This document shows positions 9,330 through 19,745 of a stretch of DNA of 64,000 bases, one piece after another. Each line of letters starts with the position of its first letter. The first letter of the stretch is position 1. The notes under the pieces are model-generated. The model worked only from the letters and a program-made list of their open reading frames with translations, did not search any database and was not told the DNA's origin. The stretch comes from an uncultured Chlamydiales bacterium (GTDB lineage: Bacteria; Chlamydiota; Chlamydiia; Chlamydiales; Rhabdochlamydiaceae). The position numbers and the translations under genes were made by a program. The stretch lies in assembly GCA_963700985.1 (NCBI GenBank), contig OY969554.1, positions 721,331 to 785,330 of the forward strand. Reading direction: 5' to 3'.

Positions 9330-9608
9330 CTAGTATTTAACGTTGAATTTGCTACGGGCGAGAGTCAGGATCGATTTGACCGCTTCTTCAGCATCATCAC
9401 CCTCGGCTTCGATCTGAATTTTGGCGCCACGTGCAGCCGCAAGCATCAAAATCCCTAAAAGAGACTTGGCGTTCACGCTCATATCTTGATAACAGAGCGT
9501 AACTTGAGATTTAAAAGAAGCAGCACATTTTACAAGCTCCGTCGAAGGACGGGTATGTAGACCTTTTTCATTGACGACGACAAAGTAGTCTTTGAATTTC
9601 CGAGCCAT
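9330..9608 (-). CDS. ptsH: HPr family phosphocarrier protein
   Basis: GLHTRPS (His15 site) and NAKSLLGIL (Ser46 region). 92 aa. Confidence 0.9.
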   Translation of the reverse strand: MARKFKDYFVVVNEKGLHTRPSTELVKCAASFKSQVTLCYQDMSVNAKSLLGILMLAAARGAKIQIEAEGDDAEEAVKSILTLARSKFNVKY

Positions 9609-9744
9609 AGCTTATGTGTCCGCTTTGCGGTTTTAGAAGAAGGTGGTCTTTCCAAGCCAAGCGACTCGTACAACCACCCCTTTATAGAATGAAATACTTC
9701 GCGGAGAGCATTTCCAGCAATACTTTTTTACGCCAATGCCTCTT

Positions 9745-11595
9745 TTATTTGCTCAGCAGCTGCTCGAGCTCTGTAACTAATGCATCAAAATGACGAATAG
9801 TCGCCTCGACTGCATCCGGCTTGCGCATATCCACACCGGCTATTTCAAGCAGGTCAAGCGGATAACGACTTCCACCTGATGAAAGGAAGCGCAGGTAACG
9901 CTCGCGCGTTTCGTCACCCTCTTTAAGAACTTTTTCACATAGTGCATGCGCCGCGCTAATGCCTGTGGCATACTGATAAACGTAGAAGTTGTAGTAAAAG
10001 TGCGGGATTCTGGCCCATTCGATATCAATTTCTTCATCACAGACAACATTCTCACCAAAATATTCTGTGTTCAACTTACGGTATTCGCTTTTCAAAAGCG
10101 CAGGCGTGATCGGTACATTTTTCTCAGCCCACTCATGCAGGCGCAGTTCAAATTCAGCAAACATGGTCTGTCTAAAGAATGTGCCGCGAATATCCTCAAT
10201 CTTCTGATTAATCAGAAAAGCGCGCAGATTTTTATCTTTGGTTTTAGCCAGCAGATCATGCACCAGAAGCTCTTCATTGAAAGTTGAAGCGACTTCCGCC
10301 ACAAAGATCGGATATTGCGAATCTTGATATGGCTGATGCTTGCAGCTGTAAAGTGAATGCATGCTATGCCCGGCCTCATGCGCCAAGGTTGTGAAGTCGT
10401 TAAATGCACCCTGATAATTCATCAAAATAAAGGGCATACTATCATAGCTACCGCTTGAGTAAGCTCCCGAGCGCTTGCGTAAGTTTTCAAACTTATCCAC
10501 CCATCTGTCGCGCTTCAATCCATTTTCCAGAGCTTTTTGATACTCAGCGCCCAATGGCTTAACCGACTGCACAATCTGATCTACCGCATCTGGATAGCTA
10601 ATAGAAAAAGAGAAATCTGGCACAAGCGGAACCTGCAGATCATAAAAATGCAGTTCATCATATTTGAGCAGCCGTTTGCGCAGAGCCATATAACGATGCA
10701 GCGAGCCTAAATTATTACGCACGGCCTCAATTAGTGACGTGTAGACTTTTGTATCGACTTGGTGTGGAAAAAGCGCCGCATCTAAACAAGAATCATATTT
10801 GCGTGCGCGCATGTTGAAAATATGCTTCTGAACTTGGCCGTTGATCAGCTCGCAAATCGTATTCTCATATTGCTTATAGCCCTGGAGCATGGCGTGAAAA
10901 GCTTCTTTACGCAGCTTGCGATCACTACCACGCAAGTAAACCAGATACTTACCATGTGTCAGTTCCCATTTCTTGCCTTGGCTATCTTCGACTGCCGGAA
11001 ATTTTAAATCTGCATTGTTGAACGCGCTAAATGCCTTGGCCGATGACTCAAGCGCATTTCCTGCAATCGCCAGGAGCTCTTCTTTTTCGGCTGAAAGCGT
11101 GTGCGGTTTCATGCGAATGATTTTTTCGAGATAGATGTGATAATCTTTCAGTGCAGGGGCCTTAAGATACTGATTGAGTGTCGCCTCAGGCAGCGCCAAA
11201 ATCTCTGGCTCGATCCACGACGTCTCCTGTCTTAAATCAAAGAGCAGTGATGAGATGCGTGAATGCGCTTTTTTATACTTATCTTCAGCCACATCCTCGT
11301 CATGACGCAGGTGTGAATAGACGTAGACATTCGAAAGCGCCCTTTCTATTTGAAAGAAAACGTCGAAGAGATTGCGCAAGGTCTCAGGGCCATCAGCCAA
11401 CTGCCCCTTGAAAGCGGCGATCTCTGGCCAATGCAGACCCTTGCTATCTTCTCTCCCCCACTTCTTCATATCCTGTTCCCAAGCATCTGCGTTGGCATAA
11501 AGAGCCTCCACATTCCAGCGATCGGCCGGGGCGATCTCTTCTCGAGTAACAGTTTTTTTCTCTTCCGCAAAAGGTGTTTGAATCATAGCCGCCAT
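9745..11595 (-). CDS. pepF: oligoendopeptidase F (M3B family)
   Basis: 616 aa with the zinc motif HEAGHSMH and M3B architecture. Confidence 0.9.
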   Translation of the reverse strand: MAAMIQTPFAEEKKTVTREEIAPADRWNVEALYANADAWEQDMKKWGREDSKGLHWPEIAAFKGQLADGPETLRNLFDVFFQIERALSNVYVYSHLRHDEDVAEDKYKKAHSRISSLLFDLRQETSWIEPEILALPEATLNQYLKAPALKDYHIYLEKIIRMKPHTLSAEKEELLAIAGNALESSAKAFSAFNNADLKFPAVEDSQGKKWELTHGKYLVYLRGSDRKLRKEAFHAMLQGYKQYENTICELINGQVQKHIFNMRARKYDSCLDAALFPHQVDTKVYTSLIEAVRNNLGSLHRYMALRKRLLKYDELHFYDLQVPLVPDFSFSISYPDAVDQIVQSVKPLGAEYQKALENGLKRDRWVDKFENLRKRSGAYSSGSYDSMPFILMNYQGAFNDFTTLAHEAGHSMHSLYSCKHQPYQDSQYPIFVAEVASTFNEELLVHDLLAKTKDKNLRAFLINQKIEDIRGTFFRQTMFAEFELRLHEWAEKNVPITPALLKSEYRKLNTEYFGENVVCDEEIDIEWARIPHFYYNFYVYQYATGISAAHALCEKVLKEGDETRERYLRFLSSGGSRYPLDLLEIAGVDMRKPDAVEATIRHFDALVTELEQLLSK

Positions 11596-11800
11596 ATAAA
11601 CCCAATTTATTCATGTATGTTAGAAGCTAGATAATCTATTCGTCCGATCTTTGTAAAGTCAAGATTTGATCGCTTTACAGGATTAGAACCAAGAACCTTA
11701 CCCATTTTGATATCCCCTAAATTAGCATTATTGCCTCAGATTTCATCAAAAAACAGCATTAAGGCCTTTGCTTTGTGAGGATCGATGTTGCGCGAAAAAA

Positions 11801-11815
11801 TGTAAATGACTTACA
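11801..11815 (+). promoter_or_regulatory. possible operator palindrome upstream of the toxin-antitoxin pair
   Basis: Perfect inverted repeat TGTAA-atgac-TTACA 30 nt upstream of the DUF4258 start. A second imperfect repeat, cttacaa-N10-ttgtaac, overlaps it. Confidence 0.3.
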
Positions 11816-11844
11816 ATTTATGCTTCTTGTAACGTAAAGTAAGC

Positions 11845-12159
11845 ATGAAAAGGCCCCATAAAATTCCTGAGGTGTTAAAAAAGGCGAGAGAGTGTCTTGA
11901 CTCGGGTCGTTATCAGGATACTTCCCATGCGATGCAAAGAAAACTTCAGCGTAAAATTAGCTTGCCGCATGTTCTATATGTGATAAGAAATGGCTACCAT
12001 GAGAAAAGGAAAGACGAATACAAGCTTGAATATAATGATTGGACGTATGCCATCAGAGGGCGGACCATCGATGGCCAAGACATACGAATTGCTATTGCTT
12101 TCGATAAAGATGGCATGCTAATTATCACAGTAATTGTGATTACTAAAGGATCTGAGTAG
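11845..12159 (+). CDS. DUF4258-family putative toxin (type II TA-like)
   Basis: 104 aa. TSHAMQRKLQRKISLPHVLYVIRNGY matches the DUF4258 HA..R...R.I....V core. It is followed 2 nt later by an HTH protein. Confidence 0.7.
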   Translation: MKRPHKIPEVLKKARECLDSGRYQDTSHAMQRKLQRKISLPHVLYVIRNGYHEKRKDEYKLEYNDWTYAIRGRTIDGQDIRIAIAFDKDGMLIITVIVITKGSE

Positions 12160-12161
12160 AT

Positions 12162-12656
12162 ATGGAAACAAAAAAAGCAAAAAAATTTATCTATGAAGGA
12201 TTGGGTTTTCCCATTGTCTTAGTGAATGTACCTCTAGTTAAAAAACGAGGCATTTGGACCCCTGCCATTGATTACAACAAACTCCAAAAGCAAGTTCTAT
12301 TGGCTTTAAGCCATAAGCCAGTTTCTCTCACAGGAAATGAGGTTCACTTCATTCGCGCTTATTTCGAAATGACCCTTGAGAATTTTGGTAAACAGTTCGG
12401 GATCACCCACGCAGCCGTTTTAAATTGGGAAAAAGCCAGAAACAAAGCAGCAAAAATCAACCCAACAACAGAATTATGCATCCGCCTGTTGATCCTCGAA
12501 AAACTTAAAATCAGCAATCAAATTTTCCGTGATGCATTCAGAGAATTTGACATGCAGGGCATTGCAAAAGAACATAAAACTGTGAGCTTGAAGACTATGA
12601 GGCCTCTAGCTTTGTCAGGATTGCATATTGCAAAACGCCCAAGTGTACGGGCTTAG
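12162..12656 (+). CDS. XRE/MqsA-like HTH putative antitoxin
   Basis: LTGNEVHFIRAYFEMTLENFGKQFGITHAAVLNWEKA is an XRE-type helix-turn-helix. It is tightly coupled to the upstream DUF4258 gene. Confidence 0.6.
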   Translation: METKKAKKFIYEGLGFPIVLVNVPLVKKRGIWTPAIDYNKLQKQVLLALSHKPVSLTGNEVHFIRAYFEMTLENFGKQFGITHAAVLNWEKARNKAAKINPTTELCIRLLILEKLKISNQIFRDAFREFDMQGIAKEHKTVSLKTMRPLALSGLHIAKRPSVRA

Positions 12657-12659
12657 AAA

Positions 12660-14072
12660 TTAATTCAGGCTGAAACAAGCGCGGAAAAACTGTGAAATCC
12701 ATGAGCAGAAAGCGCTTAGGCACTCCATCAGACAATTCAGCATAGATTGAAGGCAACCAGACTCTTCTGCTAAAACTGGGAAGATGAAATGGGCTACAGG
12801 GCCAGCTTTGGGTGGTATTAAGATTTGTTCCGGTGGAGTTTGGTTAAAGTCTATTCGAATGAGTTTTAGTTTAATTGAATTTTTTTCTTCAATAGTAAGA
12901 ACTCCATCAAAAAACTGAAAGTTGCTGAATTCAAAATTAGTTGCAGCACTAGCTAATCTACGTCGTGCTTTGGTTACGAGATCAAAACAATCTACAGCTT
13001 GCGCTGAACAGTGTAAGACGGTGTTTCCGAATGATATAAGATTCGAACAATTCGTATCCAACGAGATCGGGGTCTTAATGAAATCAACAGGTTTCTCAGC
13101 AAACCTCAATCTATCGCGAAGTTCCAAGACAAAACTTTCTTTGTTCTTTATTGCCCACCCCCTTGCCGTTCGCACAAGAGACGTACAATCTATGTATTGA
13201 GGAAGACTCTCTTCTAATTTTAAAGTTTGAAGATTAAAAACTCTAACACCTGGAAAATCTTCATCCATAATAGTTACAACCACCATGCCATCTTGGCCAA
13301 AAACTGATCTCTCCTCATTTTTTGATCCCGTGGGTGGAAATGGAATTTGTTTCTCTAATTTTAAGGTGTGAAGATCCAAGACTTCAAGTATCGAGACATG
13401 CTTATCTGGACTGATGTCGTGAATTTCAGCAAAAAACCTAGGCGCATGGATTATTTTATCATCAATAATTCTTACCTCAGTGGCTTTTGGTAATTCTCTA
13501 ATTTTTGCGGTTTTATTCGCTTTAAAATCCCAAACGCAAAGATTCATCCCCTTATCACCGAATTTGTCATCAACTGGATCAAGCTTCATTACGACTCGAT
13601 CATGTGCGATCCCTACATACTCATGTCTAGGATTCCTTTCTTCTGTTGGTGAGAGCTTGCTAAACCAGAGTCGAGCTCCAGCACAATCCAACGTTTTAAT
13701 TACGGCACGCGTTCTAGAATCCCTTACATCAATCGAAGTATCACGAACTGTGATAAATACATTTACCTGCTGCTTGGAATAGTAATTACACTCTCCAGCT
13801 TCCAAAGATGTTTCATGCCTTTGCCATGCTCCTGCACGCATTAAGTTCGCTTGTATTTTTTCAAAATGAGCAGTGTAACGTGCTCTTAGGGTTTCTAATG
13901 GAAGTTGAGGTACAGAAGGTAGAAAGCTTCGACGAATCCGTTCCCATAAAACAGTCTCAGCCACTAGCCGGAAACGTTTGGAAACTTGGGTACATGTGAG
14001 GAGTTCATCTCTCTTTAAATAAGATAAAGAAGCACCCCAGAGATCATTCGACGCCTTGTCTACCACTGACAT
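12660..14072 (-). CDS. F-box domain protein with repetitive beta-propeller-like C-terminal region
   Basis: F-box: LWGASLSYLKRDELLTCTQVSKRFRLVAETVLWERI (13929-14045). Downstream there are repeated v.vwD/l.t.k..lp strand patterns. The start was set to the ATG preceded by GGAGG; the track TTG start lies inside the RBS. Confidence 0.75.
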   Translation of the reverse strand: MSVVDKASNDLWGASLSYLKRDELLTCTQVSKRFRLVAETVLWERIRRSFLPSVPQLPLETLRARYTAHFEKIQANLMRAGAWQRHETSLEAGECNYYSKQQVNVFITVRDTSIDVRDSRTRAVIKTLDCAGARLWFSKLSPTEERNPRHEYVGIAHDRVVMKLDPVDDKFGDKGMNLCVWDFKANKTAKIRELPKATEVRIIDDKIIHAPRFFAEIHDISPDKHVSILEVLDLHTLKLEKQIPFPPTGSKNEERSVFGQDGMVVVTIMDEDFPGVRVFNLQTLKLEESLPQYIDCTSLVRTARGWAIKNKESFVLELRDRLRFAEKPVDFIKTPISLDTNCSNLISFGNTVLHCSAQAVDCFDLVTKARRRLASAATNFEFSNFQFFDGVLTIEEKNSIKLKLIRIDFNQTPPEQILIPPKAGPVAHFIFPVLAEESGCLQSMLNCLMECLSAFCSWISQFFRACFSLN

Positions 14073-14205
14073 AATAACCTCCAATTTTTAAGGATAATTT
14101 AATAGTTCGAACAATTTCAGAGATAGATATTAAAAACTTTAAAAAGCGAAAGGCTAGGTTTTAAAACAACGCTTAGGGAATAATGCCCTTCAATTCGGAG
14201 GAATC

Positions 14206-14691
14206 TTGTTTAAGCGGTTATTGTTTGTGATTGGGATTGTTTTACCACTGAGTCTTTCGGCTACGCTTCCAATGCGCAACACTCCTAAAGCTAGCTTGAG
14301 TGAGATCGCTGCATCTTTAAGCCCAGGCGAGGTGGCACATATCACTTATCTTCCTGCCGAAAGCCAGCACTGGCGCTTGTTAGAACTTGTGTCACATGAA
14401 GGTAAGCCAGCCTCCGTCGCAACGATTAAAGAATATCGAGAAGAGATCGAGCGCTTAGGACTCACCATTGTGTCGGCTGAGCTTACGCACAGCTTTGCAT
14501 TTTACGAGAGCCAAGAAAAGCTGATTCAAGAGATTCGCAACAATCCTCTAATCTGGCCAGTTAAGTTAAGCGATGCACAAATAGAAGCTCTCGCCGAGAT
14601 GGCTGCACGCTACTCACTAACAAATATCCGAGAGGGAGCAGTGAATTTCCCTTACACGCTGATCAAACTAATTGTGCAAAGCTCTAGCTGA
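14206..14691 (+). CDS. hypothetical secreted protein
   Basis: TTG start 4 nt after GGAGG. Signal peptide MFKRLLFVIGIVLPLSLSA. No other motif. Confidence 0.5.
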   Translation: MFKRLLFVIGIVLPLSLSATLPMRNTPKASLSEIAASLSPGEVAHITYLPAESQHWRLLELVSHEGKPASVATIKEYREEIERLGLTIVSAELTHSFAFYESQEKLIQEIRNNPLIWPVKLSDAQIEALAEMAARYSLTNIREGAVNFPYTLIKLIVQSSS

Positions 14692-16801
14692 GCATTCCCT
14701 CGGAAAGATGAGTACCTACGTGAACGAAACGCTCGAGCGGAATGTTGAAAATCGACTCGCAGCCTGCTTTATCAAGTGTCACGGCATTATGCAACTTTAA
14801 ACGCACAATTAGATCATCACGCATCTGTGTTGTGGGCACAATCAATCCTTTGATCATTTCGGGAGAAATGCGCTCTTTGATCATCACTTCGTTGCCAAAG
14901 TTAAATCCATACGCTTGCTCAACCTCCGCGAAAGCCAGAATATCAGGACGGCCAAGATAACCTCCCCACATCCAATCTATTTGGCGCGAACCGAATGCAT
15001 CATAATGGTATTGATAGGTGCCTGCTTCTAAAACATCTAAAGAAAACAGTAGGCGCACATCGCCCCAATAAAGGTCATTTAAGTCCATTGCTTCACGGAA
15101 ATTTTTCTCTGTCAGAAATTGCGTAAAGACGCTATCTGCTCCCCCAGTATAAAAGTCTAATGAAGGACTTAAACCACTTACTCTCATATCGTGAGAGTAG
15201 CGCATTTCAGATGCGAGCATGCCCATCTTGAGAATTGAAACAACGCGATCCAAAGATTCATCCCCTGAAGCTCCAGTGAGGGTAGTGATCAGCGCTCTTC
15301 CACCTAATTTATGCACTTCTTCGCCAAGCCCAGGAACCGAGTAGCGCATACGGCCGGGTAAGATTTCGCGCGCCTGCATTTTTTCGAGGTAAGCGTCAAA
15401 TTTTTCACGCATGTCGGGGATTTTTTGTAAAATCTCTGCTTTCAATTGATCGACAGGAAGTGTGAAAAAACGCTGATTTCTTTCGAACAGCGTCGCTTCT
15501 GTTGGGTAGAAGATGCGAAAAAGCTGCCCCACTTTTAATCTTTCAATGTCCTCTGGAGAAGAGATCCGAAGCGCATCGCCTAAATTGAAAAAAGAAAGAA
15601 GTTCATGTAACTCATAAAGACTCTTCTCTTCTTCAATTACAACTTTAACTCGGTCGTAAAGGTTAGGATGTTCAATTGAGGCGCCGATCTGCACGGAGCC
15701 GAGACCATCGAAAGAGATCTTCCAAGCTTGTCCGATCTCTATCTGTGGCGATAACTCTAGAGGCACATTTTCGATGCGAATATCTTTAGCATGCGAATTA
15801 GAAAGGGCTAAAAACTCTCTGAGCTCAGGCGAGCTAAACTCTTGCATTTCTGAGATGATCGACTGCAAATGCTCGCGGAAGACATGGTTCACCTTGAAGT
15901 CTAGTTCAGTCATCTTTTTTCCATCGATGAGCTGAGTTCGAAATTCTAGGTTCATCCCCTTAACACTCCCCTTTCCGTACGCATGAAAATGCGCACCAAA
16001 GTTGAAGGGCTTTCCCTCCGCATCAAGCAGAATCACTTCACCATCTATGTTATGCAGTGGAGAAGAGATCAGATGCCCCGCTGCTCTTCCTTTTTCAATC
16101 TGCTGCATAAGTCTGCCAAATTTTTCCATCGACAGGAATAAGTTACGTCGCTGAATGAGCTGCAACTGTGCATGCGCCTCATGGAAACGTATGACACCCA
16201 TGGCAAGTTTAGCCGCAAATTCTGGCCATCTGCCCTCTTGCCACTCGCCATAGGCTTGGTAGAAGCTAATCAATCCTTGCAGCAGCAGCGAAGCCAGGAT
16301 AATTTCTAAAGAACCGGTAAACAAAATAGAAGTATATAGAGTTGAAGAAACCAGCTGCAGCAGCTGCTCGAATAGCGCAGCGTTCTCACCTCTTAATAGA
16401 TGTGCAAAACTGTGTACCAGATTGAGCCCAGCATCAAACAGTGTACTCATCAAAATCCCAAGCTGGAAATTGAAGAGTGTACCCGCTAATGCTGCAACCG
16501 AAAGCGCGAGCAATCCCACTGATTGAAGGCAGCTAAATAACTCACCTGAAAAGCCTGCAACTCCAGCTTCGAAAAGATGCGTGAAAGAACGCAGCCCACC
16601 TGTTGCAACAGAGATCCCAAAGCCAAAAGGCTTATGTAAACTTAAAAAAGGCAATGCAATTAGAGCTGCGCGCTTAGACGTCTCCATCCAATCCGGTGTT
16701 AAATCGGCCGGTGTTAACTCGGGAAGATCGTGATCATATTGCCGCTGATAATAGGGCGGCTCAATCAGCGTGTGCGCAAGATAGTTAGTTACATTCGACA
16801 T
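14684..16801 (-). CDS. large hypothetical membrane protein; N-terminal hydrophobic module shared with 28774..29838
   Basis: 705 aa. N-terminus PPYYQRQYDHDLPE..KRAALIALPFLSLHKPFGFGISVATGGLRSF followed by ~150 aa of hydrophobic helices. The ~480-aa C-terminal soluble region has no motif I can name. Confidence 0.7.
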   Translation of the reverse strand: MSNVTNYLAHTLIEPPYYQRQYDHDLPELTPADLTPDWMETSKRAALIALPFLSLHKPFGFGISVATGGLRSFTHLFEAGVAGFSGELFSCLQSVGLLALSVAALAGTLFNFQLGILMSTLFDAGLNLVHSFAHLLRGENAALFEQLLQLVSSTLYTSILFTGSLEIILASLLLQGLISFYQAYGEWQEGRWPEFAAKLAMGVIRFHEAHAQLQLIQRRNLFLSMEKFGRLMQQIEKGRAAGHLISSPLHNIDGEVILLDAEGKPFNFGAHFHAYGKGSVKGMNLEFRTQLIDGKKMTELDFKVNHVFREHLQSIISEMQEFSSPELREFLALSNSHAKDIRIENVPLELSPQIEIGQAWKISFDGLGSVQIGASIEHPNLYDRVKVVIEEEKSLYELHELLSFFNLGDALRISSPEDIERLKVGQLFRIFYPTEATLFERNQRFFTLPVDQLKAEILQKIPDMREKFDAYLEKMQAREILPGRMRYSVPGLGEEVHKLGGRALITTLTGASGDESLDRVVSILKMGMLASEMRYSHDMRVSGLSPSLDFYTGGADSVFTQFLTEKNFREAMDLNDLYWGDVRLLFSLDVLEAGTYQYHYDAFGSRQIDWMWGGYLGRPDILAFAEVEQAYGFNFGNEVMIKERISPEMIKGLIVPTTQMRDDLIVRLKLHNAVTLDKAGCESIFNIPLERFVHVGTHLSEGMLS

Positions 16802-16941
16802 AATTTATATCGAACAATATAAACCAGATCTAAAAAGCTAACAAACTATATGAATATTTGAATTACAGATTATATAATTAACAAAATAATTACCGTCTAA
16901 TTACCTATGAAATATATATTTTATTTATAATTTTCAGAAAT

Positions 16942-16968
16942 TTAGCAGTGAAGAATGCCGTTTGCTAA
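16942..16968 (+). promoter_or_regulatory. CIRCE-like HrcA operator upstream of groES
   Basis: TTAGCAGTG-aagaatgcc-GTTTGCTAA versus consensus TTAGCACTC-N9-GAGTGCTAA. Each half-site matches 7/9, the spacing is the correct 9 nt, and the site is 90 nt upstream of groES. Confidence 0.55.
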
Positions 16969-16972
16969 CTCG

Positions 16973-17001
16973 TTGCCAAAAATCCAACAATCACATACAA
17001 T
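16973..17001 (+). promoter_or_regulatory. sigma-70-type promoter for groESL
   Basis: TTGCCA (16973-16978), 17-nt spacer, TACAAT (16996-17001), immediately after the CIRCE element. Confidence 0.45.
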
Positions 17002-17057
17002 GCTGTCTTCAGAAAAAACAGGTTCAAAGCTTTTAAGCAACTCAAGGAGACAAACGT

Positions 17058-17369
17058 ATGGCACAACAGACTGCAAAGAATACTATGCTGAAACCACTCG
17101 GAAATCGCGTTGTCGCAAAACGCTTAGAACAAGAAGAGACTCTTAAAGGAGGAATCATCCTTCCTGATACTGCTAAAAAGAAACAAGAGTCAGCCAAAAT
17201 TGTGGCCGTAGGTCCAGGCATTACGAACAAAGAAGGCAAACTCATCCCTATGCCAGTTAAAGTGGGCGATGTCATTCTTATGGATAAATATTCCGGCCAA
17301 GAAGTTTCTGTTGACGACGAAGATCTCGTCATCCTCAAAGCCGACGACATTATCGCTATTATTGAATAA
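17058..17369 (+). CDS. groES: co-chaperonin GroES
   Basis: 103 aa. LKPLGNRVVAKRLEQEETLKGGIILPDTAKKK (mobile loop) ... VILMDKYSGQEV. Confidence 0.95.
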   Translation: MAQQTAKNTMLKPLGNRVVAKRLEQEETLKGGIILPDTAKKKQESAKIVAVGPGITNKEGKLIPMPVKVGDVILMDKYSGQEVSVDDEDLVILKADDIIAIIE

Positions 17370-19016
<1,647 letters not shown>

Positions 19017-19043
19017 TCCTCCCCTCTCCTCTTTCTGCCAAAT

Positions 19044-19073
19044 AAAGGCACTCCTCTCGGAGTGCCTTTTTTA
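19044..19073 (+). terminator. rho-independent terminator of groESL
   Basis: aaaggcactcc-tctc-ggagtgcctttttt: an 11-bp GC-rich stem followed by a T-run. Confidence 0.8.
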
Positions 19074-19100
19074 TTCCCACTACTCTTAAATTCTGAAAGA

Positions 19101-19167
19101 AACAGGATATGAAGGATGGGATAAAGAAAATATCATGCATATCCTGTAGATGATTTACTAAAAGAGC
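19101..19167. repeat. intergenic palindromic repeat, family B copy 2
   Basis: aacaggatatgaaggatggg...tcatgcatatcctgtagatgatttactaaaagagc aligns with 1561-1661 minus the 31-nt insert. Inverted repeat ACAGGATAT/ATATCCTGT. Confidence 0.7.
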
Positions 19168-19265
19168 TCCGTTTCGCACCATATAATATAATAATAATTT
19201 TAAATACGCACATTAAATGCTTTATAATATATAATTAATCCTTTTACTAAATTATAGGTAATGCC

Positions 19266-19670
19266 ATGGAAGCTTATTATAGAACCCCAGACTACGTATG
19301 TTCCGTCTCCTTCGCTGCTTTAGATGCGCTGACACAATATCGCAATACACCCGTCCCAGCTGAAAATACGTGGGAAATGGTCGGACAAAAAGTGGTGGGA
19401 GCTTTAGGTTATGCCGCTCTAATCATTGTGGGAGCAGTTGAAACATTAGTTCGCGGTTTATTCGGGTTAATCGTCTATCTCGCTTCATTACTTCCTATCG
19501 AAAACGAGAAATTCCAAGGCCTCATTGGTATTTTAGAAGAGATCACCATTCGTGGCGCGAAGGATTCTGCTCAGGCAACCGCATCCTCAGTGCTCTGCTT
19601 CTGGCAAAACTTCTGCAGTTCACAAGTAACGCCTACGGCGATTTTATCTTGCGAATTCTGCCAAGGCTAG
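19266..19670 (+). CDS. small hypothetical membrane protein with bilobed hydrophobic segment (Inc-like)
   Basis: 134 aa. VVGALGYAALIIVGAVETLVRGLFGLIVYLASLLPI forms a ~40-aa two-lobe hydrophobic stretch, as in chlamydial inclusion-membrane proteins. AT-rich leader with TATAAT boxes. Confidence 0.45.
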   Translation: MEAYYRTPDYVCSVSFAALDALTQYRNTPVPAENTWEMVGQKVVGALGYAALIIVGAVETLVRGLFGLIVYLASLLPIENEKFQGLIGILEEITIRGAKDSAQATASSVLCFWQNFCSSQVTPTAILSCEFCQG

Positions 19671-19745
19671 AGAAAGCATTGCTTATAAAAAATTATTTTA
19701 ATAGTCTGCGAGTTAAGTAATCATCTTAACTTGGTGGGCTCTCCC

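Noticed and set aside
14684-15400. ADP-ribosyltransferase-like signature in the C-terminus of the 705-aa protein (RMRYS, GGADSVFTQ, NEVMIKE), possibly linked to the ARH gene at 48015
   Set aside because: The residues can be forced onto an R-S-E pattern, but spacing and context are not convincing by eye and there is no clear ExE/QxE. The ARH gene is 30 kb away. The domain is left unassigned.
19044-19073. GCACTC...GAGTGC cores in the groEL terminator and in the hairpins at 56750-56785 and 58566-58595 as extra CIRCE/HrcA sites
   Set aside because: The stems share the CIRCE core hexamers, but the spacers are 6, 13 and 12 nt instead of 9 and the TTA/TAA flanks are missing. A terminator function explains them.
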